From Parcubacteria group bacterium GW2011_GWA2_43_13 (GTDB taxonomy: Bacteria; Patescibacteriota; Patescibacteriia; UBA9629; GWA2-43-13): a stretch of 64,000 nucleotides of DNA. A program made the translations under genes and the position numbers. The stretch spans positions 12,253-76,252 of the forward strand of contig LCFM01000003.1 of NCBI GenBank assembly GCA_000999025.1. The letters are read 5' to 3'. Positions within the stretch are counted from its first letter, which is position 1; every line of letters starts with the position of its first letter. Of the stretch, positions 9,442 through 18,343 are shown piece by piece. The notes under the pieces were generated by a model, which was not told where the DNA came from, made no database searches, and saw nothing but the letters and a program-made list of their open reading frames with translations.

Positions 9442-10190
9442 AGTTCTTCAAATATCCATTTTTGCGTGATAGCAAAATCACTTGAATGAACGATAAATCC
9501 TATAATATCATGCTTAAAACTTACCATTGCCACGCGATCGCCATACATATATACTTCGCTTGAAAAAGGATTTTCTTGGTGTGGTATCACCCGCGTTTCG
9601 CGGAAACATTTTTTATCTTCTTTCATCAATGCGTATGCCTCGGGCGTATCAGACGCGAGAACACGAATTTTAATTTTTTTTAGTATCCGCTCTCGAATAA
9701 AGCGCCTATGCTCAAGAGGAGAAAATACCCTACGCTCTTCTTTTTGATTCGAAAGCAACAGAACTTCGTTGCGCGCATGTTCCAAAACATCATCTGTAAT
9801 CTCTTTCAATCCATGTTTGCCTGAAAAAAACCGCAATACCGGTTTTGCGTCATGTTCAGAATATTCAGCCAACAATGCAGGCAAAATGGAATCAATCTCA
9901 TCAAATCGTTTTCGCAATGTTCTCATCTTTGAACGCAAATGCGAAGCAATCGCTTGAGGCGGACGAGCCCACACCTTTTTAATCGGTTGAGCAACATCTT
10001 CCTCTATCAATCCGTGATCCTTCAGCCGCCCAAAAGCAAGGTACGCAGATGAACGATCCATCCTTAACAGTTGAGCAATATCCCCAATACTCGACTTTCC
10101 CACACGATAACTGGTAAGATAGCATTGGATTTCATTCTTGCTTAATCCCAATTCAGCAAGCGCGCTTTTTAAACTATCAAGTGTATCCAT
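9423..10190 (-). CDS. TrmB-like HTH transcriptional regulator
   Basis: N-terminal winged HTH (LSKNEIQCYLTSYRVGKSSIGDIAQLLRMDRSSAYLAFGRLKDHGLIEE) with a C-terminal sensor-like domain. Confidence 0.55.
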   Translation of the reverse strand: MDTLDSLKSALAELGLSKNEIQCYLTSYRVGKSSIGDIAQLLRMDRSSAYLAFGRLKDHGLIEEDVAQPIKKVWARPPQAIASHLRSKMRTLRKRFDEIDSILPALLAEYSEHDAKPVLRFFSGKHGLKEITDDVLEHARNEVLLLSNQKEERRVFSPLEHRRFIRERILKKIKIRVLASDTPEAYALMKEDKKCFRETRVIPHQENPFSSEVYMYGDRVAMVSFKHDIIGFIVHSSDFAITQKWIFEELWEKYL

Positions 10191-10290
10191 AACTATAGCG
10201 TATTCCCCTCCTTTTGAATAATTATATTCATCAATACAAAAGCATAGTATTATAATATACCTTATATTAGATAAAAAACAACACTCAAAA

Positions 10291-10785
10291 GTGTTGAGGA
10301 TAATTCTACATTTTTATACATTATCCACACCTATGTACGTTACGATCCATTCGGTAATAGGGGCAGGTATTGGAAAATTCATTCCCAACCCATTCATTGC
10401 GTTCACGATAGCGGTTTTACTGCATTTTTTATGCGATGCCATTCCGCACGGTGATTCAAAAAACGGACTTGCGGATAATGAAAAAAAGAAACACATGATG
10501 ATTGCGTTTACTATTGATTCGCTTGCATGGATCGCAGTGATAGGAATTATTTTTCTCTTTGCGCCAATGACGCATCCGATCAGTATGGCATCAGGCGCTT
10601 TGGGAGGACTGTTCCCTGATCTCTTGCGCGTCCCGTATCTTCTTTTTCAATGGAAATTTTTTAAAAAATACTGCGTTTTCCATGATGCCATTCACAGGGT
10701 AGTACGTTACAATATTCCGATGCTTGCGGGAATCGTTGAGCAATCAATCGTTTTGGCCATCTTTTTTGCAATCATCTTCACATAA
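10291..10785 (+). CDS. hypothetical membrane protein
   Basis: Hydrophobic 164-aa ORF with no recognisable family. Confidence 0.4.
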   Translation: MLRIILHFYTLSTPMYVTIHSVIGAGIGKFIPNPFIAFTIAVLLHFLCDAIPHGDSKNGLADNEKKKHMMIAFTIDSLAWIAVIGIIFLFAPMTHPISMASGALGGLFPDLLRVPYLLFQWKFFKKYCVFHDAIHRVVRYNIPMLAGIVEQSIVLAIFFAIIFT

Positions 10786-10794
10786 CCCAAGCCA

Positions 10795-12306
10795 TTACAG
10801 CTCTTTCAAAAACCGCAACAACGTCCTAACGCCAAAACCGGTTGCGCCTTTTTCAGTATATTCTCTTTGTTCGATAGCCCAGGCAGGACCTGCAATATCA
10901 ATATGCGCCCATGGTGTCTCGCCGATAAAATTCTTAATAAACAGCGCGCCGGTAATCGCTCCGCCTCCCACAGCTCGTATCGCGGAAATATTCCGGAAAT
11001 CAGCAATATCGCTTTTCATCAACTTTTCATAACTTTGTTCAAGTGGCAATTGCCACATTTTTTCACCGGCATCATCTGCCGCTGTTTTTATTTTACCCAA
11101 AAGAGATTGATCAGTACCAAATAATCCTGCGATATCCGGTCCCAAGGCAACGATGCAAGCGCCGGTCAAAGTAGCAAGATCAATAATCATATCTGCCTTG
11201 TGATCAACTGCGTACGCGCACGCATCGGCAAGCACGAGCCGGCCTTCAGCATCAGTATTCAAAACCTCGACTGTCTTTTTATTGTACGCGGTCAAAACAT
11301 CACCCGGTTTGATAGCAGTTCCTGATGGCATATTCTCACATGCGGCAATAATGCCATGCACTTCAATTTTAGGAGAAAGCGTCGCAATCTGCGAAAAAAC
11401 GCCTAACACAGCCGCTCCGCCAGCCATATCCATTTTCATATTTTCCATGGAATCAGCCGGCTTGATTGAAATGCCTCCGCTGTCAAATGTGATGCCTTTG
11501 CCTACCAAAAATACCTTTTTCTTTGATGGCATTTTCGGAGTATAACTCAAGTGAATAAGATACGGCGGCTCATCTGATCCGCGCGCAACTCCAAGAATGC
11601 ACCCAAATCCCTTTTTCTTCAGTTCTTTCTCATCCAACACAGAGCACGAGATCTGTTTATGCCTCAAAGATATTTCTTGAGCATGACTCACCAATACCTC
11701 AGGGGTAATATGAGACGATGGCTCGTTCACCAAATCAGAGGCCTGCATTGCGCCTTGAACATACATTTCACCAAGCTCGACGGCGCGTTCTAATCCTAAG
11801 ACCTCACGCTTGTTTTCGTGACATAACACAGCGCGCTGTAAAGAGACGACGTTATTCTCGTTTTCTGATTTATATTTTTTAAATGAATACTGAGAAAGCA
11901 GTATTCCTTCAACAATATCAGGCACGACATCTTTTGCTGTTTCATTGTTTGGAAGATACGCCGCCACACGGAAAGCCAGAGTCCCAACCCCTGCTTTTGA
12001 CGCCGCTCGCGTGGCAAGCCCTGCCGCTTTTCTCAATGTCTCATCAGTGATATCTTTTTGAGGACCAATGCCAACAAGGATAATCCTGCGGCCGGGTTTG
12101 CTCATCCATAATGGAAATGAAAAAAGTTCACCTAATTTGCCTTGAAATTTTTCATGCTTTATTTCTGACACAAGCGTCGCTAATTCATCTTTATGTAAAA
12201 AAGAAAGTGATTTGCTAATTTCCTTTTCATCTTGAGGCACAAATACAGCATAGCCGTCTGTGTGTAATTGATTATTCCATGTTGGATTAATGGTTATCTT
12301 TGTCAT
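10795..12306 (-). CDS. pepA: leucyl aminopeptidase (M17 family)
   Basis: NTDAEGRLVLADA signature. 503 aa. Confidence 0.9.
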   Translation of the reverse strand: MTKITINPTWNNQLHTDGYAVFVPQDEKEISKSLSFLHKDELATLVSEIKHEKFQGKLGELFSFPLWMSKPGRRIILVGIGPQKDITDETLRKAAGLATRAASKAGVGTLAFRVAAYLPNNETAKDVVPDIVEGILLSQYSFKKYKSENENNVVSLQRAVLCHENKREVLGLERAVELGEMYVQGAMQASDLVNEPSSHITPEVLVSHAQEISLRHKQISCSVLDEKELKKKGFGCILGVARGSDEPPYLIHLSYTPKMPSKKKVFLVGKGITFDSGGISIKPADSMENMKMDMAGGAAVLGVFSQIATLSPKIEVHGIIAACENMPSGTAIKPGDVLTAYNKKTVEVLNTDAEGRLVLADACAYAVDHKADMIIDLATLTGACIVALGPDIAGLFGTDQSLLGKIKTAADDAGEKMWQLPLEQSYEKLMKSDIADFRNISAIRAVGGGAITGALFIKNFIGETPWAHIDIAGPAWAIEQREYTEKGATGFGVRTLLRFLKEL

Positions 12307-12341
12307 ATAATGCGAAATCTTTAGTCCCAGATAATACTCTA

Positions 12342-12614
12342 TTATTCCACATTCTCATTCTCGTAATTCTCTGTCAAATACTCCACCGCCTTTTCATCAT
12401 CATCCGCGATCACTGTATCTGTATTCGGATCAACCAACACAGGAACATATCGCTGTCCTGATACTTTTTCAAGTTCATCACGCTCTTCAAGATTACGAGG
12501 AACGTTATGAATAATATACGTCATCCCCAAATCAGTGAGCGCTGTTCGCACTTTCTTGCAATATGGGCATTCCTCAAACTGATACAATTCAAGCATTTTT
12601 TTTGACTGTTCCAT
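12342..12614 (-). CDS. glutaredoxin-like protein
   Basis: CPYC active site (FEECPYCKKVRTAL), 90 aa. Confidence 0.8.
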   Translation of the reverse strand: MEQSKKMLELYQFEECPYCKKVRTALTDLGMTYIIHNVPRNLEERDELEKVSGQRYVPVLVDPNTDTVIADDDEKAVEYLTENYENENVE

Positions 12615-12690
12615 AGTACTTTATTTTAATACGGGCTAAAAACATCTGCTATCATAACGAAAAAATCCCTTTATTGCAAGGGGGGTCGGT

Positions 12691-12754
12691 GTAGAGACGC
12701 GGCGGTGCCACGTCTTATAGATACAAGAGACGCCCCAACGGGGCGCGTCTCTAC
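12691..12754. repeat. Family A composite element (unit Y-like GTAGAGACGCGGCGGTGCCACGTCTTATAG plus unit X GAGACGCCCCAACGGGGCGCGTCTCTAC)
   Basis: Read directly. Sits in the intergenic gap between two minus-strand genes. Confidence 0.8.
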
Positions 12755-12757
12755 ACT

Positions 12758-13306
12758 CTAATATAATGTTTTTTTATTCAAAAAGATGACTCTAAAAAAT
12801 TTATGTCGCCGAAAAAAATACTTATCACATGACACTGCCTTCGATCCGCTTGCAAATAGCAAAACAACTCCTATCACAATCATCAAGAGATTCAGTGTCC
12901 ATCCGGCCGCGCTCATCCAGCCGGAGAGAATAAAAAACATGGCATTCAATTTTATACTGCCGATCGCCGCGATATTCACCAAAAAACCAAGAATCAACAA
13001 AACACCAATAGTAACCTCTGCCCATTGCAAGAGTGTGCCTGCGGTGTGTGCGTTGGGAAGAATATAGTTGTGAAACAATGATGAAAACCACACAGGGACA
13101 TCTCCTGAAAGCATCTTATTGAGCGTCTGTTCGATGCCATTAACAAAATCAGGACTTTTCACTTTTTCATACCCGGCATGCAACCACACCGCACCCATCA
13201 TAATGCGGATCACTGAAAGCCAAAATGAACTGTATTTATCCGGCGCATTTCCTACTGATATGGACATAGTCATTAAACCACAAAAAACAAGAAACAAATA
13301 ACACAA
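12758..13306 (-). CDS. DoxX-family membrane protein
   Basis: Multi-TM 180-aa protein with a DoxX-like hydrophobic profile (MMGAVWLHAGYEKV). Confidence 0.5.
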   Translation of the reverse strand: MCYLFLVFCGLMTMSISVGNAPDKYSSFWLSVIRIMMGAVWLHAGYEKVKSPDFVNGIEQTLNKMLSGDVPVWFSSLFHNYILPNAHTAGTLLQWAEVTIGVLLILGFLVNIAAIGSIKLNAMFFILSGWMSAAGWTLNLLMIVIGVVLLFASGSKAVSCDKYFFRRHKFFRVIFLNKKTLY

Positions 13307-13348
13307 AACTTAAAAATTGTTTACTGTTTTTTGTTTATTGTCGCTCGG

Positions 13349-13588
13349 TTATACTGCTACCACTTCTATTACTTCTGGTACAATTTCTTTGAGTTGTTTT
13401 TCAATGCCGAATTTTAAAGTGAGATTCGAAATCGGGCAGTGTTCGCACGCACCCTGCAACGCCACAGTTACAACTCCATTTGTATAACTCACAAACGACA
13501 CATCCCCGCCATCTTGCTGAATCAATGGGCGAATTCCTTGAATCACTTTTTCAATTTTTTCTAATTCTGACATAGATATAGTATACAC
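13349..13588 (-). CDS. nfu: NifU-like C-terminal domain protein (Nfu-type Fe-S carrier)
   Basis: ALQGACEHCPIS motif (CxxC), 79 aa. Sits at the end of the suf operon. Confidence 0.75.
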   Translation of the reverse strand: MYTISMSELEKIEKVIQGIRPLIQQDGGDVSFVSYTNGVVTVALQGACEHCPISNLTLKFGIEKQLKEIVPEVIEVVAV

Positions 13589-13592
13589 ATTT

Positions 13593-13982
13593 TCACATTA
13601 TTACACCACGACTCAACGCTTCTCTTAAAGCGTCACGAACCAAAAGTGCACACTTGAGGCGCACTGGGGTAAGGGAAATGCCTAATAAATCTGTTACTGT
13701 TTCCGACGTCATTTGCTCTACTTCTTGGATTTCCTTCTCTTTTGCCCATTCAGTCAATAGAGAAGCGCTGGCAATGCATATCGCGCATCCATGGCCATCA
13801 AACCCAATAGCGACAATATTTGACAATTGACAATTGACAATTGACATTTGGACCCACACTTCAACCTCATCCCCACACAACGGATTAGAAACCTTACCAG
13901 AATAATGCGTAAAATCATCCAACCTCCCTCGGTTTCGCGGGTTTTTGTAATGATCTAAAATCTGCTCACGGTACATTGACAT
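13593..13982 (-). CDS. sufU: Fe-S cluster scaffold SufU/IscU-like, carrying an in-frame repeat insertion
   Basis: HYKNPRNRG ... CGDEV ... GCAICIASAS conserved scaffold motifs. The loop between them is expanded by MSIVNCQLSNIV, which is encoded by the family C repeat. Confidence 0.75.
   Translation of the reverse strand: MSMYREQILDHYKNPRNRGRLDDFTHYSGKVSNPLCGDEVEVWVQMSIVNCQLSNIVAIGFDGHGCAICIASASLLTEWAKEKEIQEVEQMTSETVTDLLGISLTPVRLKCALLVRDALREALSRGVIM
13816..13852. repeat. Family C tandem repeat (TTGACAA x4) inside sufU
   Basis: atatttgacaattgacaattgacaattgacatttgga, in frame. Confidence 0.8.
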
Positions 13983-14034
13983 AAAATCATATTTATGGTA
14001 AGAGGTACCTTACCTCAACATAGAAAGGCGCAAC

Positions 14035-14442
14035 ATGTTGTCACGAAAGATCCGGCGCACGCCTCATAGCCCAGTGCCACAAATAACAGTGAGTTACAAT
14101 ATAGTACCACAGGCGAACCTCCGCTCTGCGGACCTCCGCGAGGCGGACCTCCGCTCTGCGAACCTCCGCGAGGCGGACCTCCGCTCTGCGAACCTCAGCT
14201 GGGCGTTCCTCAACTGGGCGGACCTCCGCTCTGCGGACCTCCGCAAGGCGAACCTCCGCTCTGCGGACCTCCGCGAGGCGGACCTCCGCAAGGCGAACCT
14301 CCGCGGGGCGTTCCTCAACTGGGCGGACCTCCGCTCTGCGGACCTCCGCGAGGCGTTCCTCAGCGGAGCGAAATACAATGCACAAACCATGTTCCCCGAA
14401 GGATTTGATCCGAAAACCGCAGGAATGATCAAACAGGAATGA
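14035..14442 (+). CDS. pentapeptide-repeat protein
   Basis: ANLRSADLREADLRSANL repeats (A[DN]LxxA[DN]L). The underlying DNA is a 30-nt-period tandem repeat, so the antisense frames are also open. Confidence 0.55.
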   Translation: MLSRKIRRTPHSPVPQITVSYNIVPQANLRSADLREADLRSANLREADLRSANLSWAFLNWADLRSADLRKANLRSADLREADLRKANLRGAFLNWADLRSADLREAFLSGAKYNAQTMFPEGFDPKTAGMIKQE

Positions 14443-14508
14443 TCAAATCCGAGAACTAACTCCCCCCTGCCGACGCGAAGCTGTATCTACAGTTCCGCGT
14501 TTTTTTTA

Positions 14509-15780
14509 TTACAACCGCTTCTGTACACTTTTTATACCAACCACCAACCTCTCAACATCCTCTTCGGTATTATATACCCATACGCTTGCCCGACACGATG
14601 CGACAAGTCCTAAGTATTCATGCAAAGGCATAGCGCAGTGATGACCAGCGCGGATGGCAATATTTTGTTCATCCAATAATTGGGCTACATCATGAGCGTG
14701 GATGTTAGGGAAGTTAAACGAAATCAAACCAGAGCGTTTTTCAATCTCGCGAGGACCAAGAATCCAGTTTTCAGTTTTCATCTGCCAGCTGGCGGATCGG
14801 TTTTCAAATTTGACATTTGATAACTGACAACTGATATTTGAAAGTATTGCCTCCTCGTGCTTCCGTATATCATTCCAGCCCAAACTCTTTAACCAATTCA
14901 CTGCCGCGGCAAGCCCAATCGCGCCTGCGATATGTGGAGTGCCTGCTTCAAATTTATGCGGAACATCATTCCAAACCGAATAATCGCGATGCACTTCGCG
15001 GATCATATCCCCACCAGTTATAAACGGCTCCATCTCTTGCAGGCGTGATGACTTTGCGTATAACACGCCAATGCCGGTTGGGCCACCTAATTTATGCCCG
15101 GAAAACACCAGAAAATCACAATCTAAATCTCCCACATCCACTTTCATGTGAGGAACTGATTGCGAAGCATCAATCAATACTGGCACATGATGTTCATGCG
15201 CTTGTTTGATGATTTCTTTTATTGGATTGACCGTGCCAAGCACATTGGAGACATGGGTAAGCGCGAGGAAATTGATTGACTCAAAATAATGGTCAGGAAT
15301 AATCAATTCTCCATTTGCATCAACTTCCAAGTACCGTAACGTACTACCTTTGACATTTGACAACTGACATTTGACAACCGACTGCCACGGCACAATATTG
15401 CTGTGATGCTCGGCAATGGATAACCCAATAACCGCACCGTCACCCCCTCCTTTTAAAGGAAAGGGGAGGGGGTGGTTTCGCAACCACGCGTACGCGACTA
15501 AATTGATCGCCTCGGTCGCGTTGCGCGTAAAAATAATCTCGGAAGGATGCGCGCCAATAAAGCTGGCAACATCCTCCCGCGCCTGCTCATACGCCGCGGT
15601 GGCGCGATTAGAAAGCGCATAAATCCCCCTATGAACATTCGCGCTGTATTCGGTGTAATACTTGTTCATCGCGTCAATCACGCACTGCGGTTTTAGTGCT
15701 GTCGCCGCGCTATCTAAATACACCAAATCTGGATGATGGTTAAATATCGGAAATTCTTTTTTAATACTTTGATCAAACAT
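14509..15780 (-). CDS. sufS: cysteine desulfurase SufS (PLP-dependent), with three in-frame repeat insertions
   Basis: RAGHHCA active-site motif and the PLP lysine region (SGHKLGGPTG). The start was set at MFDQSIK to avoid overlap with the upstream gene. Confidence 0.85.
   Translation of the reverse strand: MFDQSIKKEFPIFNHHPDLVYLDSAATALKPQCVIDAMNKYYTEYSANVHRGIYALSNRATAAYEQAREDVASFIGAHPSEIIFTRNATEAINLVAYAWLRNHPLPFPLKGGGDGAVIGLSIAEHHSNIVPWQSVVKCQLSNVKGSTLRYLEVDANGELIIPDHYFESINFLALTHVSNVLGTVNPIKEIIKQAHEHHVPVLIDASQSVPHMKVDVGDLDCDFLVFSGHKLGGPTGIGVLYAKSSRLQEMEPFITGGDMIREVHRDYSVWNDVPHKFEAGTPHIAGAIGLAAAVNWLKSLGWNDIRKHEEAILSNISCQLSNVKFENRSASWQMKTENWILGPREIEKRSGLISFNFPNIHAHDVAQLLDEQNIAIRAGHHCAMPLHEYLGLVASCRASVWVYNTEEDVERLVVGIKSVQKRL
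14771..14844. repeat. Family C/E repeat in sufS (GCCAGCTGGCGGAT plus TTGACA-type heptamers)
   Basis: ctgccagctggcggatcggttttcaaatttgacatttgataactgacaactgatatttg is translated as NISCQLSNVKFENRSASWQMKTENW. Confidence 0.75.
15348..15384. repeat. Family C tandem repeat in sufS
   Basis: ctttgacatttgacaactgacatttgacaaccgactg is translated as KCQLSNVKGST. Confidence 0.8.
15441..15474. repeat. Family B-like palindrome in sufS (CACCCCCTCCTTTTAAAGGAAAGGGGAGGGGGTG)
   Basis: Imperfect hairpin translated as PLPFPLKGGGDG. Confidence 0.65.
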
Positions 15781-15802
15781 AAAATTGTCATGACACTTTA
15801 TT

Positions 15803-16192
15803 TTAATGACCATTCTTGCCACATCCGCACTGCCCCCCGCAACAACCATCCTGTGCCCCACTACCTCCGCAACACTCGTCATCCTCAATCATCACCACAA
15901 CCTCATCTCCCTCCACCAAAACCTTATACGTTTTCAATGGATGCGTCGCAGGCAATGCAAGCACTTTGCCGGTTTTGATATCAAACCGCGCGCCATGGCG
16001 AGGGCACTCAATAATATGATCGTCAATAATCACGCCCTGCACCAAAGACGCTCCTTTATGCGTGCACTCATCATCAAGGGCAAACCACCCATCTTGAAGA
16101 TGATACACAGTAATCTTTTTTCCACTAATCTCAAACCTCTTTTTTTTACCAATAGAAATATCACCTATTGGAATATTTAACTGTTTTGACAT
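15803..16192 (-). CDS. Rieske [2Fe-2S] domain protein with a cysteine-rich C-terminal tail
   Basis: CTHKGASL and CPRHGARF Rieske boxes. The tail is ECCGGSGAQDGCCGGQCGCGKNGH. Confidence 0.75.
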   Translation of the reverse strand: MSKQLNIPIGDISIGKKKRFEISGKKITVYHLQDGWFALDDECTHKGASLVQGVIIDDHIIECPRHGARFDIKTGKVLALPATHPLKTYKVLVEGDEVVVMIEDDECCGGSGAQDGCCGGQCGCGKNGH

Positions 16193-16197
16193 AGATA

Positions 16198-16845
16198 CTA
16201 TGATTGAGGTATTAATTTCATCACTTCGAATAAAAATCCTTTGATGATCATTTCTTGCGCTAATGCCTTTTCTATACCACGACTTTGGAGATAAAACAAC
16301 TGCCTATCATCAATCCTACCAGTCGTTGCGGCATGGCTTGCTTTGACATCATTGGCTTCTATTTCCAACTCCGGCTTGCTTTCTGATTTTGCATGTTTTG
16401 ATAGCAACAACACCCGATTTTCTAAAAACGCGTTTGATTGCTGGGCTGGTTTATCAATTTTGATCATGCCGTTGAACACTTGTTTACTCGCATCTTTCCC
16501 CACGCCTTTGAATAATGTTTTTGATTGCGAGCGCGGACCAAGATGATGAACAGTAAGATTGAATTGATAATGACTATCGTGTTCAGCAAGAACTGCGCCA
16601 CAGATTTCTGCCCGTGCGTCTGCGTGGAGTTCAACGCGCAGAGTACGGCGCGTCATCGTACCCTCTCCTAATGTAGGAGAGGGTACGATGACACTCGTCG
16701 GTACAAAAAAATACCGCACAACTCCAAACGGCTCTACCGTAATCACCGCCTCTCCCGAAACTCCCCCATCATCAACCACCACCAACTCATCGTTGGGATT
16801 AACACAAATATTATTCATCATATCAGACCAATGCAATAACTTCAT
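16198..16845 (-). CDS. sufD: SufD-like Fe-S assembly protein (short)
   Basis: C-terminal SufB/D core ([27 protein letters not shown]). The ORF contains family B element 16651-16692, which also offers an internal SD+ATG (start MTRRTLRVEL at 16656). Confidence 0.65.
   Translation of the reverse strand: MKLLHWSDMMNNICVNPNDELVVVDDGGVSGEAVITVEPFGVVRYFFVPTSVIVPSPTLGEGTMTRRTLRVELHADARAEICGAVLAEHDSHYQFNLTVHHLGPRSQSKTLFKGVGKDASKQVFNGMIKIDKPAQQSNAFLENRVLLLSKHAKSESKPELEIEANDVKASHAATTGRIDDRQLFYLQSRGIEKALAQEMIIKGFLFEVMKLIPQS
16651..16692. repeat. Family B element (CGTCATCGTACCCTCTCCTA-ATG-TAGGAGAGGGTACGATGAC)
   Basis: 19-bp near-perfect inverted repeat. Both orientations read AGGAGAGGG-N4-ATG. Confidence 0.8.
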
Positions 16846-16881
16846 AGTCGTTCATTCAAACACCTCCCCCTACGGTTGGCA

Positions 16882-18276
16882 TCAGCCAACCGATCCCTCC
16901 ATCTCCAACTCAATCAACCGATTCATCTCCACCGCGTACTCCAAAGGCAATTCTTTTACAATCGGCTCTATAAACCCATTCACCATCATTAAACTTGCTT
17001 CTTGCGGCGACAAACCACGGGATTGTAAATAAAACAACTGCTCTGTCCCTATTTTAGAAACCGTTGCTTCATGGCCAATAGAAACATCATCATTGTCAAT
17101 TTCCATCACCGGATAGGTGTCCGAACGCGACGCCTCATCCAAAATCAATGCATCGCACTGTACATTGGATTTTACGCCATACGCCTCCGGATGAATTTTT
17201 AATAACCCGCGATACGAAGTTCTGCCGCCATGATGACTGATGGATTTAGAAACAATATGCGAGGTAGTAAGCGGAGCCACATGCACCACTTTACCGCCCG
17301 CGTCTTGATGCTGACCTTCGCCTGCCATTGCCAAAGATAAAATATCAGCGCGCGCGCCTTTGCCCATTAAATACACAGATGGATATTTCATGGTAACTCG
17401 GCTCCCAAAATTACCATCCACCCATTCCATAGTCGCATCCTCATACGCGACTGCGCGTTTCGTCACGAGGTTGTACACATTTTTTGACCAATTCTGCACC
17501 GTGGTATACCGCACACGCGCGCCACGCAATACAATAATCTCCACCACCGCGCTGTGCAAAGATGCTGATTGATAGATAGGCGCGGTACAACCTTCCACAT
17601 AATGCACAAAACTGCCTTCATCCGCGATAATCAAGGTCCGTTCAAACTGCCCCATATTCTGCGCGTTGATGCGAAAATACGCTTGCAATGGCGTGTTGAC
17701 TTGCACTCCTGGAGGAACATACACAAAACTTCCGCCGCTCCACACCGCGCTATTTAAAGCGGCAAACTTGTTATCCCCAGAAGGAATCACGGTGCCAAAA
17801 TATTGTTTTACCAAATCAGGATGCTCTCGCATCGCGGTTTCAACATCAGAAAACACCACCCCTAAATCAACAAGCTCTTTACGCATATTATGATACACCA
17901 CTTCACTATCATACTGCGCGCCGACTCCCGCTAAAAAATCCTGCTCCATTTGCGGGATGCCTAAACGATCAAATGTTTTTTTAATATCTTTAGGCAAATC
18001 AGACCATTCTTGCGTACTTCGCTCTGTTGGTTTGAGATAATAATACATCTCATCAAAATTGATGCCTGACAAATCCGCGCCCCAATGTGGCATCTTTTTT
18101 TTACAAAACACATCATACGCATGCAGGCGATACTCCAGCATCCATTGCGGTTCATTTTTATAACGCGAAATCATTTCCACAATCGCACGAGACAACCCCT
18201 TGGGGGTTTTAAAAATATGAGCTTCAGTATCCTTAAATCCGTATTGATAATCCGGTTGTATTTGAATAAATGACAT
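16882..18276 (-). CDS. sufB: Fe-S cluster assembly protein SufB
   Basis: 464 aa with a conserved SufB C-terminus ([20 protein letters not shown]). Confidence 0.9.
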   Translation of the reverse strand: MSFIQIQPDYQYGFKDTEAHIFKTPKGLSRAIVEMISRYKNEPQWMLEYRLHAYDVFCKKKMPHWGADLSGINFDEMYYYLKPTERSTQEWSDLPKDIKKTFDRLGIPQMEQDFLAGVGAQYDSEVVYHNMRKELVDLGVVFSDVETAMREHPDLVKQYFGTVIPSGDNKFAALNSAVWSGGSFVYVPPGVQVNTPLQAYFRINAQNMGQFERTLIIADEGSFVHYVEGCTAPIYQSASLHSAVVEIIVLRGARVRYTTVQNWSKNVYNLVTKRAVAYEDATMEWVDGNFGSRVTMKYPSVYLMGKGARADILSLAMAGEGQHQDAGGKVVHVAPLTTSHIVSKSISHHGGRTSYRGLLKIHPEAYGVKSNVQCDALILDEASRSDTYPVMEIDNDDVSIGHEATVSKIGTEQLFYLQSRGLSPQEASLMMVNGFIEPIVKELPLEYAVEMNRLIELEMEGSVG

Positions 18277-18290
18277 AATGGATATAAAAT

Positions 18291-18343
18291 ATCAATTTTC
18301 AAATGTCAAATTTGAAAACTGAAAACTGAAATTTGACATTTGG
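18291..18343. repeat. Family C tandem repeat (CTGAAAA/TTGACA heptamers), intergenic between sufC and sufB
   Basis: atcaattttcaaatgtcaaatttgaaaactgaaaactgaaatttgacatttgg. Confidence 0.8.

Noticed and set aside
14041-14432. Antisense ORFs (114 and 112 aa) encoding AEVR/RRSAE repeats
   Set aside because: They are frames of the 30-nt tandem repeat opposite the pentapeptide-repeat gene. They are open only because of the repeat periodicity. Kept as a note, not as genes.
16688-17032. 114-aa plus-strand ORF with SD+ATG supplied by the family B palindrome
   Set aside because: It is antisense to sufD/sufB, with a Ser/Thr/Pro-rich low-complexity product. Probably a by-product of the palindromic SD-ATG module rather than a gene.
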